Assembly: GCA_965220085.1 (NCBI GenBank)
Contig: CBDCOZ010000003.1
Location: 1,536,001-1,600,000 of the forward strand
DNA length: 64,000 nucleotides
Reading direction: 5' to 3'
Source: Candidatus Oxydemutatoraceae bacterium
GTDB taxonomy: Bacteria; Pseudomonadota; Gammaproteobacteria; Poriferisulfidales; Oxydemutatoraceae
Position 1 is the first letter of the stretch. Each line of letters opens with the position of its first letter. This document shows, in pieces, positions 22,947 to 34,559 of the stretch. The position numbers and the translations under genes are program-made. The notes below the pieces were generated by a model. That model worked only from the letters and a program-made list of their open reading frames with translations. It had not been told where the DNA came from and did no database searches.

Positions 22947-23999
22947 ATGCAAAAGTTCATACACAGCGCTTGTTATGCAAGCCTTGGTTTGCTGATAATC
23001 GCCGCGAGTCATGCCGTCGCCAGAGAACAGATAAACATCGTGGGTTCTTCCACCGTTTATCCTTTCTCGACGGTTGTTGCCGAGCAGTTCGGGAAGAGGA
23101 CGCGCTTCAAAACCCCGAAAGTCGAGTCTACCGGATCCGGCGGCGGTCTGAAGCTCTTTTGCGAGGGGGTCGGAGAGAATACTCCGGATATTGCAAACGC
23201 ATCCCGGCGCATCAAGCAAAAAGAGATAGACAAGTGTCATCAGAACGGTGTCACCGATATCATTGAGACAAAATTTGGTTACGACGGCATCGTCGTGGCA
23301 AATGCAAAAACGTCTCCGAAAATCAGCCTCAGTCTGAAGCAGATATTTCTGGCCTTGGCCAAAGAGGTACCGGCCCCGAACGGAGCGGAAGCGTTTGTCG
23401 CCAACCCTTATGAAAAATGGAGCGATATGGATGCAAGCCTCCCCGATACCGCCATTGCGGTGTATGGTCCGCCGCCGACTTCGGGCACTCGCGACGCTTT
23501 CGTTGAGATTGCGCTGGAAGGCGGATGCAAGAAATTCGCATGGATTAAAGCCATCAAAAAGACCGATAAAAGAAAGTACAAAGAGCATTGCCATACGATC
23601 AGAGAGGACGGCGCCTATATTGAGGCGAGCGAAAACGACAATCTGATCGTGCATAAGCTCAAAGCCAACCCGAACTCATTCGGTATTTTTGGCTATAGTT
23701 TTCTCGACCAAAATACGGACTCCGTCAAGGGCGCCGAGGTAGAAGGCGTTGCGCCCGAATTTGAAGCCATCGTTGACGGCAGCTATCCGATATCCAGAGC
23801 CTTATATTTCTACGCCAAAAAGGCGCATATCGGACTCATTCCGGGGATCAAAGAATACCTGCAAGAGTTTGTCAGCGACAGGGCTTCGGGCGACAGCGGC
23901 TATCTCCTCGACAAAGGAATGATTCCTTTGTCAGAAGACGGTCGGCGGAAACAAAAAGAGATGGTTCGCTCTCTGGCTATCGTTCCGGCAAAGATATAA
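22947..23999 (+). CDS. pstS: Phosphate ABC transporter substrate-binding protein
   Basis: GAGGAG RBS; signal peptide; VGSSTVYPF, STGSGGG, PPTSGTRDAF, YPISR. Confidence 0.9.
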   Translation: MQKFIHSACYASLGLLIIAASHAVAREQINIVGSSTVYPFSTVVAEQFGKRTRFKTPKVESTGSGGGLKLFCEGVGENTPDIANASRRIKQKEIDKCHQNGVTDIIETKFGYDGIVVANAKTSPKISLSLKQIFLALAKEVPAPNGAEAFVANPYEKWSDMDASLPDTAIAVYGPPPTSGTRDAFVEIALEGGCKKFAWIKAIKKTDKRKYKEHCHTIREDGAYIEASENDNLIVHKLKANPNSFGIFGYSFLDQNTDSVKGAEVEGVAPEFEAIVDGSYPISRALYFYAKKAHIGLIPGIKEYLQEFVSDRASGDSGYLLDKGMIPLSEDGRRKQKEMVRSLAIVPAKI

Positions 24000-24003
24000 G
24001 ACT

Positions 24004-24020
24004 CGGGATCGCCGATCCCG
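24004..24020. terminator. GC-rich hairpin between convergent pstS and rplQ
   Basis: CGGGATC-GCC-GATCCCG 7-bp stem; no clear U-tract. Confidence 0.4.
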
Positions 24021-24029
24021 CAACAGGCG

Positions 24030-24431
24030 TCAGTCCCGGCTCGTAGCCGTTGCCTCGGCATCGGCTTCGGGCTTGGGACGACCGACCAGACCGACCCACG
24101 CCAGCGGGGCATTATCGCCTTTGCGAAATCCGTGCTTCAGTATGCGCAGGTAGCCGCCCGGGCGATTCTTGTAGTGCGGCCCGAGATCGGCAAAAAGTTT
24201 ATGCACCGCAGACCTGTCGCGCAACTTTGAAAAGGCGCGGCGGCGCGAAGCGACGCTATCGTTGGCAGCCAGCGTGATGAGGGGTTCGACGACTCCCCGC
24301 AAGCGTTTGGCGCGTGTCAGCGTGGTCACGATCTCCTCGTGTTCGATCAAAGAGACTGTCATATTGGAGAACATCGCGCGCCGATGGCTCGGCGCACAAT
24401 TGAGTTGTCTTTTGTCTTTGCGATGCCTCAT
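24030..24431 (-). CDS. rplQ: 50S ribosomal protein L17
   Basis: MRHRK..., [17 protein letters not shown]; follows rpoA. Confidence 0.96.
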   Translation of the reverse strand: MRHRKDKRQLNCAPSHRRAMFSNMTVSLIEHEEIVTTLTRAKRLRGVVEPLITLAANDSVASRRRAFSKLRDRSAVHKLFADLGPHYKNRPGGYLRILKHGFRKGDNAPLAWVGLVGRPKPEADAEATATSRD

Positions 24432-25450
24432 TTGAGCAACCTGTGGCTGTGCATCCCCGGCGACGGCGGCGGCAGATCGACCGGCGGCCAGTTTTCAATC
24501 TGCATATTGAGCGCAAGCTCGTGAACCGCCAGCACATCCTTTATCTCGGTCAATGATTTGCGCCCCAAATTAGGCGTCGTCAGCAGCTCTTTTTCCGAGC
24601 ACTGTACCAGATCGCCGATGTAATATATCTTTTCCGCCTTCAGACAGTTTGCCGCTCTGACGGTGAGTTCCAGATCATCAATCGGCCGCCGCAAAATTGA
24701 CTTGAACGGCGCTTTGCCTTTTTCTTCGGCGACAAAATTCACCTGATCAAAATTAACGAACACGCTCAACTGCGAATAGAGCAAGGTCGCGCCCTGCTTA
24801 ATCAAATCCTCGGCGCTCACCGTTCCGTTCGTCTGAATATTCAAAACCAGTTTGTCCAAGTCGGTGCGGTCGCCGACGCGCGTGCTCTCCACTTCGTACG
24901 ACACCTGCCTGACCGGGCTGTAACTGGCATCCAGCAACAAACTGTCGGCGCTCAAGAGCCGGGTGCCCGAGATTTTGTCCCTCATGGAGACCGGCTTATA
25001 TCCGAACCCGCGACGGATGCCCAGCATCATGTTTAATCCGCTCTTGTCATCCAGATGCGCAATCACATAATCTTTGTTGACGATTTCCACATCGCCATCG
25101 CATTGGATATCGCCGGCGGTTACCACGCCGCCGCCGCGCTTGTTAATTTTTGCAATCGACTGCTCTTTGTCGCGCAACACGATAGCCACGCCTTTGAGGT
25201 TTAGCAATATATCTATCACGTCTTCGCGGATGCCTTCAAGAGCGGTATATTCGTACTGCACGCCTTCAATAGCGACTTCCACGATGGCCGCGCCGGGAAT
25301 AGAAGACAGCAGAACGCGCCGCATCGCATTGCCGATGGTATGCCCGAAGCCGCGCTCCAAGGGTTGCAATACCACTTCCATGTGCGTATCGGACAGGTTT
25401 TGTACGTCTGTCAGTTTTGGTTTTAACAAATTATCTGTATAGGTGCCCAC
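24428..25450 (-). CDS. rpoA: RNA polymerase alpha subunit
   Basis: [21 protein letters not shown]; [22 protein letters not shown]. Confidence 0.97.
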   Translation of the reverse strand: MGTYTDNLLKPKLTDVQNLSDTHMEVVLQPLERGFGHTIGNAMRRVLLSSIPGAAIVEVAIEGVQYEYTALEGIREDVIDILLNLKGVAIVLRDKEQSIAKINKRGGGVVTAGDIQCDGDVEIVNKDYVIAHLDDKSGLNMMLGIRRGFGYKPVSMRDKISGTRLLSADSLLLDASYSPVRQVSYEVESTRVGDRTDLDKLVLNIQTNGTVSAEDLIKQGATLLYSQLSVFVNFDQVNFVAEEKGKAPFKSILRRPIDDLELTVRAANCLKAEKIYYIGDLVQCSEKELLTTPNLGRKSLTEIKDVLAVHELALNMQIENWPPVDLPPPSPGMHSHRLLK

Positions 25451-25476
25451 TTTTGCTCTGCCTCCGATTACAAGTA

Positions 25477-26100
25477 TTACTTAGAGTACAACTCAACGAC
25501 GAGAGACTCATTTATTTCCTGGGGTAGTTCCGACCGCTCGGGATAAGCTTTCAGTTCCCCCTTCAGCGCTTTTGAATCCACGCTGACCCATTCGGGGAAT
25601 CCGATTTCCTCGGCAATTTTTACGGCATCCTGGATGCGCGATTGGCTGCCGGCTTTTGCGCTCACCGAGATGATATTCGACACTTTGACTTGATACGAAG
25701 GAATGTTAACCGTGTTGCCGTTCACTCGGATGGCCTTGTGCGAAACAAGTTGGCGACACTCGGCGCGGGTTGCGCCGAAGCCCATGCGATACACGACATT
25801 ATCCAAACGCGCTTCCAACATCGTCAATAAATTCTCGCCGGTCGAACCGCGCATCGCGGCGGCTTTCTTGTAGTAGTTTCTGAATTGACGCTCCAGAACC
25901 CCGTATGTTTTCTTCAGTTTCTGCTTCTCACGCAACTGCAAGCCGTAATCCGACAGACGCACGCGGCGATCGCCGTGTTGTCCCGGCATCTTGGTCATAT
26001 TGCATTTGTCGTCCAGGTTTCTGATGCCGCGGCCTTTCAGCGCCAGGTCGGTGCCTTCGCGGCGACTCAGTTTGCAAGTTGGACCTCTGTATCTTGCCAT
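25477..26100 (-). CDS. rpsD: 30S ribosomal protein S4
   Basis: [24 protein letters not shown]. Confidence 0.97.
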   Translation of the reverse strand: MARYRGPTCKLSRREGTDLALKGRGIRNLDDKCNMTKMPGQHGDRRVRLSDYGLQLREKQKLKKTYGVLERQFRNYYKKAAAMRGSTGENLLTMLEARLDNVVYRMGFGATRAECRQLVSHKAIRVNGNTVNIPSYQVKVSNIISVSAKAGSQSRIQDAVKIAEEIGFPEWVSVDSKALKGELKAYPERSELPQEINESLVVELYSK

Positions 26101-26105
26101 CGTAA

Positions 26106-26495
26106 TTAAATCCTGCGGCGCTTGGGCGGACGACAACCGTTGTGCGGCAAAGGCGTCACATCATGAATGCTGACAATCTTGAAACCGGCGGCGTGCAGCG
26201 CGCGGATAGCCGAATCGCGCCCCGGGCCGGGCCCTTTGACATGGATAGTCAGCGCCTCGACCCCGTGCTCCTGCGCTTTTTGACCGGCCTGACGCGCCGC
26301 CATCTGTGCCGCAAAAGAAGTGCTTTTGCGCGAGCCTTTGAAGCCGACCATGCCCGAACTCGCCCAGCATATCGCCCTGCCCTGCAAATCGGCGATGGTC
26401 ACCAATGTATTATTAAAAGACGAACTGATGTGAGCGACGCCGTGGCTCACATTTCGTTTTGCTTTCTTCCTTGCGGAACCTTCTTTCTTTGCCAT
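26106..26495 (-). CDS. rpsK: 30S ribosomal protein S11
   Basis: [26 protein letters not shown]. Confidence 0.97.
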   Translation of the reverse strand: MAKKEGSARKKAKRNVSHGVAHISSSFNNTLVTIADLQGRAICWASSGMVGFKGSRKSTSFAAQMAARQAGQKAQEHGVEALTIHVKGPGPGRDSAIRALHAAGFKIVSIHDVTPLPHNGCRPPKRRRI

Positions 26496-26497
26496 GA

Positions 26498-26857
26498 TTA
26501 TTTCTTCGTTAATCTGCGCACGGGCCCTTTGCGCGTGCGCGAGTTCGTTCGCGTCCTCTGGCCCCTGACCGGCAAACCGCGACGATGACGCACACCGCGG
26601 TAACAATTCAAATCCCTCAGGCGTTTGATATTGAGATTGATCTCACGGCGGAGATCGCCCTCGACGGTAAAATTATTAATCTCGTTGCGTATTTTTTCCA
26701 AATCGGCTTCGGAGAACGCCCCCATTTTTGCGCTTGCATCAACGCCCGCGGCGGCGCATATTTTGCGGGCGGCAGAGCGACCGATACCGTAGACTGCGGT
26801 CAGGGCGACCTCAGCGCACTTGTGATCGGAAATATTGATGCCTACGATTCTTGCCAT
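26498..26857 (-). CDS. rpsM: 30S ribosomal protein S13
   Basis: [21 protein letters not shown]. Confidence 0.97.
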   Translation of the reverse strand: MARIVGINISDHKCAEVALTAVYGIGRSAARKICAAAGVDASAKMGAFSEADLEKIRNEINNFTVEGDLRREINLNIKRLRDLNCYRGVRHRRGLPVRGQRTRTNSRTRKGPVRRLTKK

Positions 26858-26930
26858 GTATATTAAAAGCCCGCTATTATAACTTCTTTGCGCAATAAAT
26901 GCATATCCGCTTTCGTAACAAAACGACCCA

Positions 26931-27044
26931 TTAGCCCTGCCGTTGCTTGTGACGGGGATTTTTGCAGATAATCCTGACCACCCCTTTGCGCCGCACCAGC
27001 TTGCAATGCCGACATATTCTCTTTACCGATGCCTTGACTTTCAT
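26931..27044 (-). CDS. rpmJ: 50S ribosomal protein L36 (Zn-ribbon type)
   Basis: [14 protein letters not shown]...[12 protein letters not shown]. Confidence 0.96.
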   Translation of the reverse strand: MKVKASVKRICRHCKLVRRKGVVRIICKNPRHKQRQG

Positions 27045-27046
27045 TT

Positions 27047-28372
27047 TTAGCGCCTCTTGCCGCCCTTCAGGTTGGCTTTTTTCATCAGGCCTTCGTATCT
27101 GTTGGACAGCAGTTGGGTCTGCACTTGGGACATGAAATCCATCACCACAACGACGATAATCAACAGCGATGTGCCGCCAAAATAGAAAGGCACATTCCAC
27201 GAAAGAATCAGGAACTCCGGCAACAAGCAAACCAAGGTGATGTATATCGCGCCCATCACGGTCAGACGACTCAACACATTGTCAATGTAACTCGCCGTCT
27301 TCTCTCCGGGCCGAATACCCGGAATGAAAGCGCCGCCTCTTTTCAAATTGTCCGCGGTATCCCTCGCATCGAATACGATCGCGGTGTAGAAAAAGCAAAA
27401 GAATACGATCGCAAGCGCATAAAACCCGATATACAAAGGTTGCCCCGGCGACAGCGCATTGGACATTTGATTCAGCCAGCCCATTCCTTCGGCGCGACCG
27501 AACCACTGTCCCAGTGTCGCCGGAAACAAAATGATGCTCGATGCAAAGATAGGCGGAATGACACCCGCCATATTCAATTTAAGCGGCAGGTAGCTGGACG
27601 GCGCCGCATACATCTTATTGCCCTGCTGCCTTCTCGCGTAGTTGATGACCAGTCGGCGGTGTCCTTTCTCGGCAAACACCACAAAACTGGTGACCGCTAC
27701 CGCGAGGAACAGTATCAGCAGAACCAAAGGCGGCGACAATTCCCCGGTATTGGCCAATTCAAGCGTCCCCCCGGCGGCCGCCGGAAGCCCCGCGACAATA
27801 CCGGTAAATATGATGATCGATATGCCGTTGCCTATCCCGTGTTCGTTGATCTGCTCGCCCAGCCACATCAGAAACATCGTTCCGGTGACAAGCGATATGG
27901 CGACGATAAAGACAAAGCTGCCGCCCGCTATATACGCCACATTCTGGCTTTGCAGCGCGATCGCCACGCCGATCGCCTGAAACGTCGCCAACACGAGGGT
28001 GCCGTAACGGGTGTACTTTGAAATGACGCGCCGCCCTTGCTCGCCTTCCTTCTTCAACTCTTTCATGGAGGGAATAATCGCCGTCATCAATTGCATGATA
28101 ATTGCCGATGAAATATACGGCATCACGCCGAGGGCAAAAAGACTCAGGCGTTCAAGCGCGCCGCCCGAGAACATGTTGAACATCGCGAGTATCGTACCGC
28201 TCTGTTGTTCAAAAAACTGCGCCATCAATACCGGATCAATGCCCGGCACCGGAATGAAACTGCCGATCCGGAAAATGACCATGACCATGAGCACAAAGAG
28301 GATACGTTTCCTCAGTTCGCTCATATTTCCCGCAGTCGAAAGATGGGAAACGCCCGAAGCCACCGCAGCCAT
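27047..28372 (-). CDS. secY: Preprotein translocase SecY
   Basis: [40 protein letters not shown]. Confidence 0.98.
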   Translation of the reverse strand: MAAVASGVSHLSTAGNMSELRKRILFVLMVMVIFRIGSFIPVPGIDPVLMAQFFEQQSGTILAMFNMFSGGALERLSLFALGVMPYISSAIIMQLMTAIIPSMKELKKEGEQGRRVISKYTRYGTLVLATFQAIGVAIALQSQNVAYIAGGSFVFIVAISLVTGTMFLMWLGEQINEHGIGNGISIIIFTGIVAGLPAAAGGTLELANTGELSPPLVLLILFLAVAVTSFVVFAEKGHRRLVINYARRQQGNKMYAAPSSYLPLKLNMAGVIPPIFASSIILFPATLGQWFGRAEGMGWLNQMSNALSPGQPLYIGFYALAIVFFCFFYTAIVFDARDTADNLKRGGAFIPGIRPGEKTASYIDNVLSRLTVMGAIYITLVCLLPEFLILSWNVPFYFGGTSLLIIVVVVMDFMSQVQTQLLSNRYEGLMKKANLKGGKRR

Positions 28373-28818
28373 TACTCTACCTTGCCCCCCGCGGCTTCAA
28401 TCGCTTTGCGCGCGCCGCTGCTGGCGGAACACTGACGCACCGTAATCGGGCGATTCACCTCGCCCGACAGGATCAACTTCGCTTTGCGTGTCGCCATCGG
28501 CACGACTCCGGCCTCTTTCAATACATTCAAATCAACCGCATCCGCGCCCAGCTTTGCGAGTTCGCCGAGCCGCACTTCGGCGGTCAAATCCTTTTTCCGC
28601 GAGCGAAAGCCGATCTTGGGCAAGCGCCGGTTGATCGGCATCTGTCCGCCTTCAAAATTCACCTTGTGGTAGCCCCCGGAGCGCGACTTTTGACCTTTGT
28701 AGCCGCGGCCGCAAGTGGTGCCGTGTCCGCTGCCGTTACCGCGCCCGACACGCCGCGCGACACGGCGACTGCCCGCGGCGGGCTTTAACATATTGAGTTT
28801 TAGCCGTTCTTCAGACAC
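28372..28818 (-). CDS. rplO: 50S ribosomal protein L15
   Basis: [28 protein letters not shown]. Confidence 0.96.
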   Translation of the reverse strand: MSEERLKLNMLKPAAGSRRVARRVGRGNGSGHGTTCGRGYKGQKSRSGGYHKVNFEGGQMPINRRLPKIGFRSRKKDLTAEVRLGELAKLGADAVDLNVLKEAGVVPMATRKAKLILSGEVNRPITVRQCSASSGARKAIEAAGGKVE

Positions 28819-28999
28819 CTTCTTCGACCTTTAGCATATAGTTAATTTTGTTAATCATGCCCCGATTCTCCGGAGTATCCGTGACGTAAGACACATGATT
28901 CATGCGCCGCAACCCCAGCCCTCTCGCACAACAACGGTGCTTTTCAAGCCGACCGTTCATACTTTTGATTAAAGTTAACTTAAGACGTTTTTCTGCCAT
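28811..28999 (-). CDS. rpmD: 50S ribosomal protein L30
   Basis: GLGLRR...[11 protein letters not shown]; between rpsE and rplO. Confidence 0.94.
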   Translation of the reverse strand: MAEKRLKLTLIKSMNGRLEKHRCCARGLGLRRMNHVSYVTDTPENRGMINKINYMLKVEEGV

Positions 29000-29502
29000 T
29001 GCAAAATTTCCTCTGTGCTTTTGTTACGTCTGGCGGCCACCTTCTCTGGTGTCTGCATCGCCGTCAAACCGTTGATCGTCGCCCGTACCACATTCAGCGG
29101 GTTTCTGGACCCGATACATTTGGTCAATACATTATGTACGCCCAATACTTCAAAAACCGCGCGCATCGCGCTTCCGGCGATGACGCCCGTGCCCTCGGAG
29201 GCCGGCGACATATACACCTTGGCGGCGCCGTGACGGCCGATGATCGAATGATACAACGTACCGTCATTGATCGGTATCTCCACCATTTGTCTGCGCGCAA
29301 CCTGCATCGCTTTCTGAATCGCTGTCGGCACTTCCTTGGCTTTCCCATAACCCATGCCGACCTTGCCGACACCGTCGCCGACAACCGTCAAAGCCGTGAA
29401 ACCGAATTGGCGCCCGCCTTTGACCACTTTGGCCACCCGATTGACCGCTACCAGTTTTTCCAATAAACCGTCTGTTAATTCCGCTGTTTCTATATTGGAC
29501 AT
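28975..29502 (-). CDS. rpsE: 30S ribosomal protein S5
   Basis: [25 protein letters not shown]. Confidence 0.97.
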   Translation of the reverse strand: MSNIETAELTDGLLEKLVAVNRVAKVVKGGRQFGFTALTVVGDGVGKVGMGYGKAKEVPTAIQKAMQVARRQMVEIPINDGTLYHSIIGRHGAAKVYMSPASEGTGVIAGSAMRAVFEVLGVHNVLTKCIGSRNPLNVVRATINGLTAMQTPEKVAARRNKSTEEILQWQKNVLS

Positions 29503-29516
29503 ACTCTCCCTCGCCT

Positions 29517-29858
29517 TTATATTCTAAGCCCTGCTTCGCGCGCCGCTTCGGCTAACGCCTTGATCCGACCATGGTAAGGAAACCCGGAGCGATCGAACGC
29601 CGCTTGCTCTACCTGCTTGGCCTTGGCTCTCTCGGCAATCGCCTTCCCGACCAAGACCGCGGAGGCGCTTTTATTCGCTCCGACCAAGCTTTTCTCCAGC
29701 GTAGAAGCATTCGCCAGTGTGACCATGCCGTCCGCCGATATCAACTGCGCATAGATGTGCCGCGCCGTTTTATTGACGCACAAGCGGTGTTTGCCGGTAC
29801 GCTTGATTCTATGCCGAGTCTTGCGACTTCTTCTTAACCTTTGTTCTTTCGTATTCAT
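29517..29858 (-). CDS. rplR: 50S ribosomal protein L18
   Basis: [26 protein letters not shown]. Confidence 0.96.
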   Translation of the reverse strand: MNTKEQRLRRSRKTRHRIKRTGKHRLCVNKTARHIYAQLISADGMVTLANASTLEKSLVGANKSASAVLVGKAIAERAKAKQVEQAAFDRSGFPYHGRIKALAEAAREAGLRI

Positions 29859-29864
29859 AGTTTG

Positions 29865-30392
29865 TTATTTCTTCTTCGCTTCCTTGCGGATAATCTGTTC
29901 GCCCGCATAGCGCACGCCCTTTCCCTTGTACGGTTCCGGCGGGCGAAAAGCGCGAATCTCAGCGGCGGTCTGCGCCACCATCTGCTTGTTGACCCCGCTG
30001 ACAACCACTTCCGTCTGACTCGGCGTCTCCGCCTTGATGCCTTCGCGCACCTTGTAATCTATCGGATGCGAAAACCCGAGTTGCAAATTCAAAGTCTCGC
30101 CTTTGGCTTGCGCCCGATAACCGACGCCGACCAACTCCAGCCGTTTCTCAAATCCGTCGCTGACACCGATCATCAGGTTGTTCACCAGCGACCGCATCGT
30201 TCCCGCCAGCGGCATCGCTTGCGCCTCGGCCGGTTCAAACCGAATCTTGTCACCGTCGCGCTCAAACGCAACCGACGCATGCACCGTCACGCTGTCGCTG
30301 CCTTTGGCGCCTTTGGCCGAGATTGTCCGACCGCTGATTTGCACCTCAACGGAGCTCGGCACCACAACCGGATTTTTAGCAATCTTTGACAT
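29865..30392 (-). CDS. rplF: 50S ribosomal protein L6
   Basis: GVGYRA, LGFSHP, RPPEPYKGKGVRY. Confidence 0.97.
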   Translation of the reverse strand: MSKIAKNPVVVPSSVEVQISGRTISAKGAKGSDSVTVHASVAFERDGDKIRFEPAEAQAMPLAGTMRSLVNNLMIGVSDGFEKRLELVGVGYRAQAKGETLNLQLGFSHPIDYKVREGIKAETPSQTEVVVSGVNKQMVAQTAAEIRAFRPPEPYKGKGVRYAGEQIIRKEAKKK

Positions 30393-30398
30393 GACACA

Positions 30399-30794
30399 TC
30401 ACTCTACTATGCAGACCACCTCGCCGCCTTGCCCTAATTGTCGGGCTTCCCTGTCGCTCATGACCCCTTTGGAAGTCGAAACGATAACCGTGCCGAAACC
30501 GTTCATCACGACCGGCAACTCTTTTGCTTTGCGATACACCCTGAGCCCGGGCACACTGACGCGGCGGATGGTCAGTATCGCCGGTTTCCCTTCGTGATAA
30601 CGCAGGACGCATGTAATATTCTTGAAGCCGTCTTCCTCCCCGACGCGATAACTTTCTATATAGCCTTCTTCGCGCAACACTTTTGCAATCGCTTGTTTCA
30701 TATTGGAGAACGGAATGGCGACAGATTCCTTGCCCGCGCGTTGCGCGTTCCTGATTCTCGTCAGCATATCGGCTATGGGATCGCTCATACTCAT
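30399..30794 (-). CDS. rpsH: 30S ribosomal protein S8
   Basis: [23 protein letters not shown]. Confidence 0.97.
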   Translation of the reverse strand: MSMSDPIADMLTRIRNAQRAGKESVAIPFSNMKQAIAKVLREEGYIESYRVGEEDGFKNITCVLRYHEGKPAILTIRRVSVPGLRVYRKAKELPVVMNGFGTVIVSTSKGVMSDREARQLGQGGEVVCIVE

Positions 30795-30809
30795 GATATC
30801 GTCGCTCCT

Positions 30810-31115
30810 TTACCAACTCGACTTCACCAAGCCCGGAATATCTCCGGCCATCGCGTACTCGCGCAACTTGTTTCTGCCAAGACCAAATTTCCGGTAGTAG
30901 CCTTTGCCGCGTCCGGTCAAAGCGCAACGGTTGCGCAAGCGACACGGGCTTGCGTTGCGCGGCAACTTCTTCAGATTCTCTATCGCCTCCTCAACCTGCT
31001 CCGGGGCGGAAGCGGCGCTCTTGATAATCGCCTTCAGTTCCGTACGACGCTTCTGCCATCTCATGACGACCCGCTGCCGTTTCTTATTTCTTTCAATTAC
31101 GCTGACTTTTGCCAT
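30810..31115 (-). CDS. rpsN: 30S ribosomal protein S14 (101-aa type)
   Basis: LPRNASPCRLRNRC, IPGLVKSSW. Confidence 0.96.
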   Translation of the reverse strand: MAKVSVIERNKKRQRVVMRWQKRRTELKAIIKSAASAPEQVEEAIENLKKLPRNASPCRLRNRCALTGRGKGYYRKFGLGRNKLREYAMAGDIPGLVKSSW

Positions 31116-31128
31116 TCTCTTGTCTCCG

Positions 31129-31674
31129 TCAATTCTTAAAAGGAAAGTTGAAAGCTGCGATCAACTCTCTGGCCGCATCATCGGAGTTCGCGCTCGTCAC
31201 GACCGTAATGTCCAGCCCGTATAACTTGTTGACTTTGTCATAATCGATCTCGGGGAATATGATTTGCTCCTTGATACCGATACTCAAGTTGCCCATGCCG
31301 TCAAAAGACCTGACACTAAACCCGCGGAAATCTCTTATGCGCGGAATAGCGACTTGGATAAGCCGCTCAAAAAATTCATACATCCGCTCGCCGCGCAGGG
31401 TCACTTTGCACCCGAGCGGCCAACCTTCGCGGATATTAAAACCGGCGATAGACTTATGCGCCCTCGTCACGCTCGGCTGCTGCCCGGCGATCAGCGCGAG
31501 CTCTTTGAGGGCGGATTGCAAAATATTCTTATCCCGGGCATCCGCTCCCAAACCGATATTGATCACGATTTTCTTAAGCCGCGGCGCTTGCATCGGGTTC
31601 TTGAGCCGCAGTTTGTTCATCAACTCGCCGACCATCGTCTCCTTATATGCCTGTTTTAATTGCGTCGCCATCAC
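31129..31674 (-). CDS. rplE: 50S ribosomal protein L5
   Basis: [24 protein letters not shown]. Confidence 0.97.
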   Translation of the reverse strand: MMATQLKQAYKETMVGELMNKLRLKNPMQAPRLKKIVINIGLGADARDKNILQSALKELALIAGQQPSVTRAHKSIAGFNIREGWPLGCKVTLRGERMYEFFERLIQVAIPRIRDFRGFSVRSFDGMGNLSIGIKEQIIFPEIDYDKVNKLYGLDITVVTSANSDDAARELIAAFNFPFKN

Positions 31675-31676
31675 AC

Positions 31677-31994
31677 TCAGCCCTTTGCCTCGGTGCCGTC
31701 TTTGAAGACGCGGGATTTCTTATTGTCTTCGCCGACCTTCATCCGCACACGCTCGCCTTTGCCCGTAGCCGGGTTATACAGCATCAAATTAGACAGCGCC
31801 AGCGGGCTTTCCTGTTGCACGATACCGCCGGCCTCATTGGTGTTCGGATTCGGGCGCGTCGCTTTGTATGTCATATTGACATTCTCAACCAGCGCTTTGC
31901 CGTCTTGCGGCAGCATCCGCAAAATCCTGCCGCGCAGGCCTTTGCTCCTGCCGGCAATCACAACAACTTCGTCACCTTTGCGTAATTTTTGCAT
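31677..31994 (-). CDS. rplX: 50S ribosomal protein L24
   Basis: [16 protein letters not shown] motif, GGIV..E. Confidence 0.96.
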   Translation of the reverse strand: MQKLRKGDEVVVIAGRSKGLRGRILRMLPQDGKALVENVNMTYKATRPNPNTNEAGGIVQQESPLALSNLMLYNPATGKGERVRMKVGEDNKKSRVFKDGTEAKG

Positions 31995-32002
31995 GACAGA
32001 CC

Positions 32003-32371
32003 TCACAGCACCTCTGGCGACAGAGAAATAATTTTCATAAATTGGCTGGTGCGCAACTCCCGCGTCACCGGGCCGAATATGCGGGTGCCGATCATTTGCT
32101 TTTGGTTATTCAGCAACACCGCGGCATTTTTATCAAAACGAATCAACGACCCGTCGTTGCGGCGCACCCCTTTGCGCGAGCGCACGATGACCGCATCATA
32201 GACTTCGCCTTTCTTCACCCGGCCCCTCGGAATCGCTTCCTTGACGCTGACCTTGATGATGTCGCCGATGTTTGCATAGCGCCGGCGCGACCCGCTCAAT
32301 ACCTTTATGCATTGCACTTTGCGCGCGCCGCTGTTATCGGCCGATTCCAACATGGATTGCATCTGAATCAT
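32003..32371 (-). CDS. rplN: 50S ribosomal protein L14
   Basis: [23 protein letters not shown]. Confidence 0.97.
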   Translation of the reverse strand: MIQMQSMLESADNSGARKVQCIKVLSGSRRRYANIGDIIKVSVKEAIPRGRVKKGEVYDAVIVRSRKGVRRNDGSLIRFDKNAAVLLNNQKQMIGTRIFGPVTRELRTSQFMKIISLSPEVL

Positions 32372-32375
32372 CGTA

Positions 32376-32642
32376 TCAGCCTTCCCCCTTGGCAATGATG
32401 CCGACCAGATACCACGACTTTGTCTTGGACATCGGGCGACCCGGCGCGATTCTCACTCTGTCTCCGACCTTGCACTCGTTCTTTGCATCGTGGACATGAA
32501 ATTTGGATGAGCGAGACACATACTTCCCATACATAGGGTGGCGAAACTGGCGACGCACTTCGACGGTTATCGTCTTGTCGCGCTTGTCGCTCACGACATC
32601 GCCCACCGCCGAGTGGCGCGCCTTGTTATCAGCTTGACTCAT
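32376..32642 (-). CDS. rpsQ: 30S ribosomal protein S17
   Basis: [25 protein letters not shown]. Confidence 0.96.
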   Translation of the reverse strand: MSQADNKARHSAVGDVVSDKRDKTITVEVRRQFRHPMYGKYVSRSSKFHVHDAKNECKVGDRVRIAPGRPMSKTKSWYLVGIIAKGEG

Positions 32643-32829
32643 CGTGTTTCTCCCTAAGTATCGTTCTTACCCGCGCGATGTCGCGCCGTACCTCGCCAAA
32701 GCGGTGGTTCTGTTTGTTCTGCGGGCCGCTGCCTTCCATGCCGAGTTTGAGCTTCTTGTCCAACAGACCATCGAGCTCCTGCAACAAACTCTCGGCATCC
32801 TTTTCCCTTAATTCCTTGGCTTTCATCAC
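32629..32829 (-). CDS. rpmC: 50S ribosomal protein L29
   Basis: [17 protein letters not shown]. Confidence 0.94.
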   Translation of the reverse strand: MMKAKELREKDAESLLQELDGLLDKKLKLGMEGSGPQNKQNHRFGEVRRDIARVRTILREKHDESS

Positions 32830-33239
32830 ATCACTCCCCGTCCGGCAAAGGCGGTTCTGACCGGCAACTTGGCCGACGCCCGCTTAAACGCTTCGCGCGC
32901 CACATCCTCGCGCACGCCTTCTATCTCATAGAGTATTCTGCCCGGTTGCACCAGCGCCACCCAATATTCCACGTTGCCTTTGCCTTTGCCTTGGCGGACT
33001 TCCAGCGGCTTTTTGGTAATCGGTTTGTCCGGAAAGATACGTATCCATATCTTGCCGCCGCGCTTGATGTAGCGCGTCATTGCCCGCCGCGCCGCCTCGA
33101 TTTGCCGCGAGGTGATACGGCCGCGAGTGCCCGCTTTGAGACCGTATTCGCCAAAACTCACCCGGTTGCTATTGAACGCAAGCCCGCGGTTGCGGCCTTT
33201 GTGTTGCTTTCTGTATTTTGTCTTATTTGGTTGTAGCAT
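32826..33239 (-). CDS. rplP: 50S ribosomal protein L16
   Basis: [27 protein letters not shown]. Confidence 0.97.
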   Translation of the reverse strand: MLQPNKTKYRKQHKGRNRGLAFNSNRVSFGEYGLKAGTRGRITSRQIEAARRAMTRYIKRGGKIWIRIFPDKPITKKPLEVRQGKGKGNVEYWVALVQPGRILYEIEGVREDVAREAFKRASAKLPVRTAFAGRGVM

Positions 33240-33939
33240 CTTGCGCCCCCGTATCCTGAGCATTCTGTCGCACCGGCCTCACGCCCGCCGCAAGCCCGGT
33301 TTTTTCTTCCTTCTTGACACAGATCCACACCTTGACCCCTATGATTCCGTAGGTTGTCTTGGCCTCGGCAAGCCCGTAGTCAATGTGTTCGCTCAAAGTG
33401 TGCAACGGCACCCGCCCTTCGCGATACCACTCGGAACGCGCTATCTCGGCGCCGTTCAGCCGTCCGGCGATATTCACTTTAATCCCTTCGGCGCCGAGCC
33501 GCATCGTATTCTGCACCGCTCTTTTCATCACCCGGCGGAACATGATGCGATGCTCCAGTTGGCGGGCAATCCCTTCGGCCACCAGCAAAGCATCCATCTC
33601 CGGCTTGCGAATTTCTTCGGTATTCACTTGAACATCCTTCGCCTCAAGTTTTATCATGCGGGCAATCTCGGTGCGCAACTTCTCGATGTCTTCGCCGCGC
33701 TTGCCGATCACAATGCCGGGACGCGCGGTGTGAATGACAATCCGCACCGAAGAAGCGGAAGGCCGCGATATCTGTATCCGGCTCACCGACGCATGGGTCA
33801 ATTTCTTATGCAAAAAGTTGCGCACCGTAATATCGCTGTACAGCCTTTCCCGATACTCGGTGCCTTCGCTCAGCCACTTCGACGTCCACTCGGTGGTAAT
33901 CCCCAACCTGAATCCGATAGGATGTACTTTCTGTCCCAT
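33223..33939 (-). CDS. rpsC: 30S ribosomal protein S3
   Basis: [31 protein letters not shown]. Confidence 0.97.
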   Translation of the reverse strand: MGQKVHPIGFRLGITTEWTSKWLSEGTEYRERLYSDITVRNFLHKKLTHASVSRIQISRPSASSVRIVIHTARPGIVIGKRGEDIEKLRTEIARMIKLEAKDVQVNTEEIRKPEMDALLVAEGIARQLEHRIMFRRVMKRAVQNTMRLGAEGIKVNIAGRLNGAEIARSEWYREGRVPLHTLSEHIDYGLAEAKTTYGIIGVKVWICVKKEEKTGLAAGVRPVRQNAQDTGAQDATTK

Positions 33940-34283
33940 CAGCCCGCTTCCTTGCCGTCGCTCAACGTCAACACGATATGGCTCGTACGCTTGAGGATGC
34001 GCGCGCCGCGCCCGCGAGCGCGAGCGCGAAAGCGCTTATAGACCGGCCCCTGATCGACATACGCGGTCACTACCTTCAACTCATCCATATCCGCGCCATA
34101 ATTGTTTTCGGCGTTCGCAATCGCCGACCGCAACAGTTTGTACAATATTTTTGCGGCGGCGGTGTTGCCAAAGCGGAGACGCTCAAGCGCGTCCCCGACC
34201 GCGCGACCGCGAATCAGGTTTATCGCCAAACGGCATTTCTGCGGCGAGGCGCGAACCATCTTAAGTTTTGCCGACACTTCCAT
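33939..34283 (-). CDS. rplV: 50S ribosomal protein L22
   Basis: [21 protein letters not shown]...KRTSHI. Confidence 0.96.
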   Translation of the reverse strand: MEVSAKLKMVRASPQKCRLAINLIRGRAVGDALERLRFGNTAAAKILYKLLRSAIANAENNYGADMDELKVVTAYVDQGPVYKRFRARARGRGARILKRTSHIVLTLSDGKEAG

Positions 34284-34284
34284 A

Positions 34285-34557
34285 TTATTTAGCCTTTCTG
34301 TCCCCGGAATGTTGGCGGAATGTCCTCGTTAGCGCAAACTCACCGAGCTTATGCCCTACCATATGTTCGTTGATAAAAATCGGCAAATGATCCTTGCCGT
34401 TGTGCACCGCAATGGTCAGCCCCACCATGTCGGGCACCACCATGGAGCGACGCGACCAGGTTTTGATCGGGCGCTTATCTTTTGTTTCAATCGCTTTCAC
34501 AACTTTTTTCATCAAGTGATTATCCACAAAAGGACCTTTTCTAAGTGAGCGCGGCAT
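34285..34557 (-). CDS. rpsS: 30S ribosomal protein S19
   Basis: [19 protein letters not shown]. Confidence 0.97.
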   Translation of the reverse strand: MPRSLRKGPFVDNHLMKKVVKAIETKDKRPIKTWSRRSMVVPDMVGLTIAVHNGKDHLPIFINEHMVGHKLGEFALTRTFRQHSGDRKAK

Positions 34558-34559
34558 AA

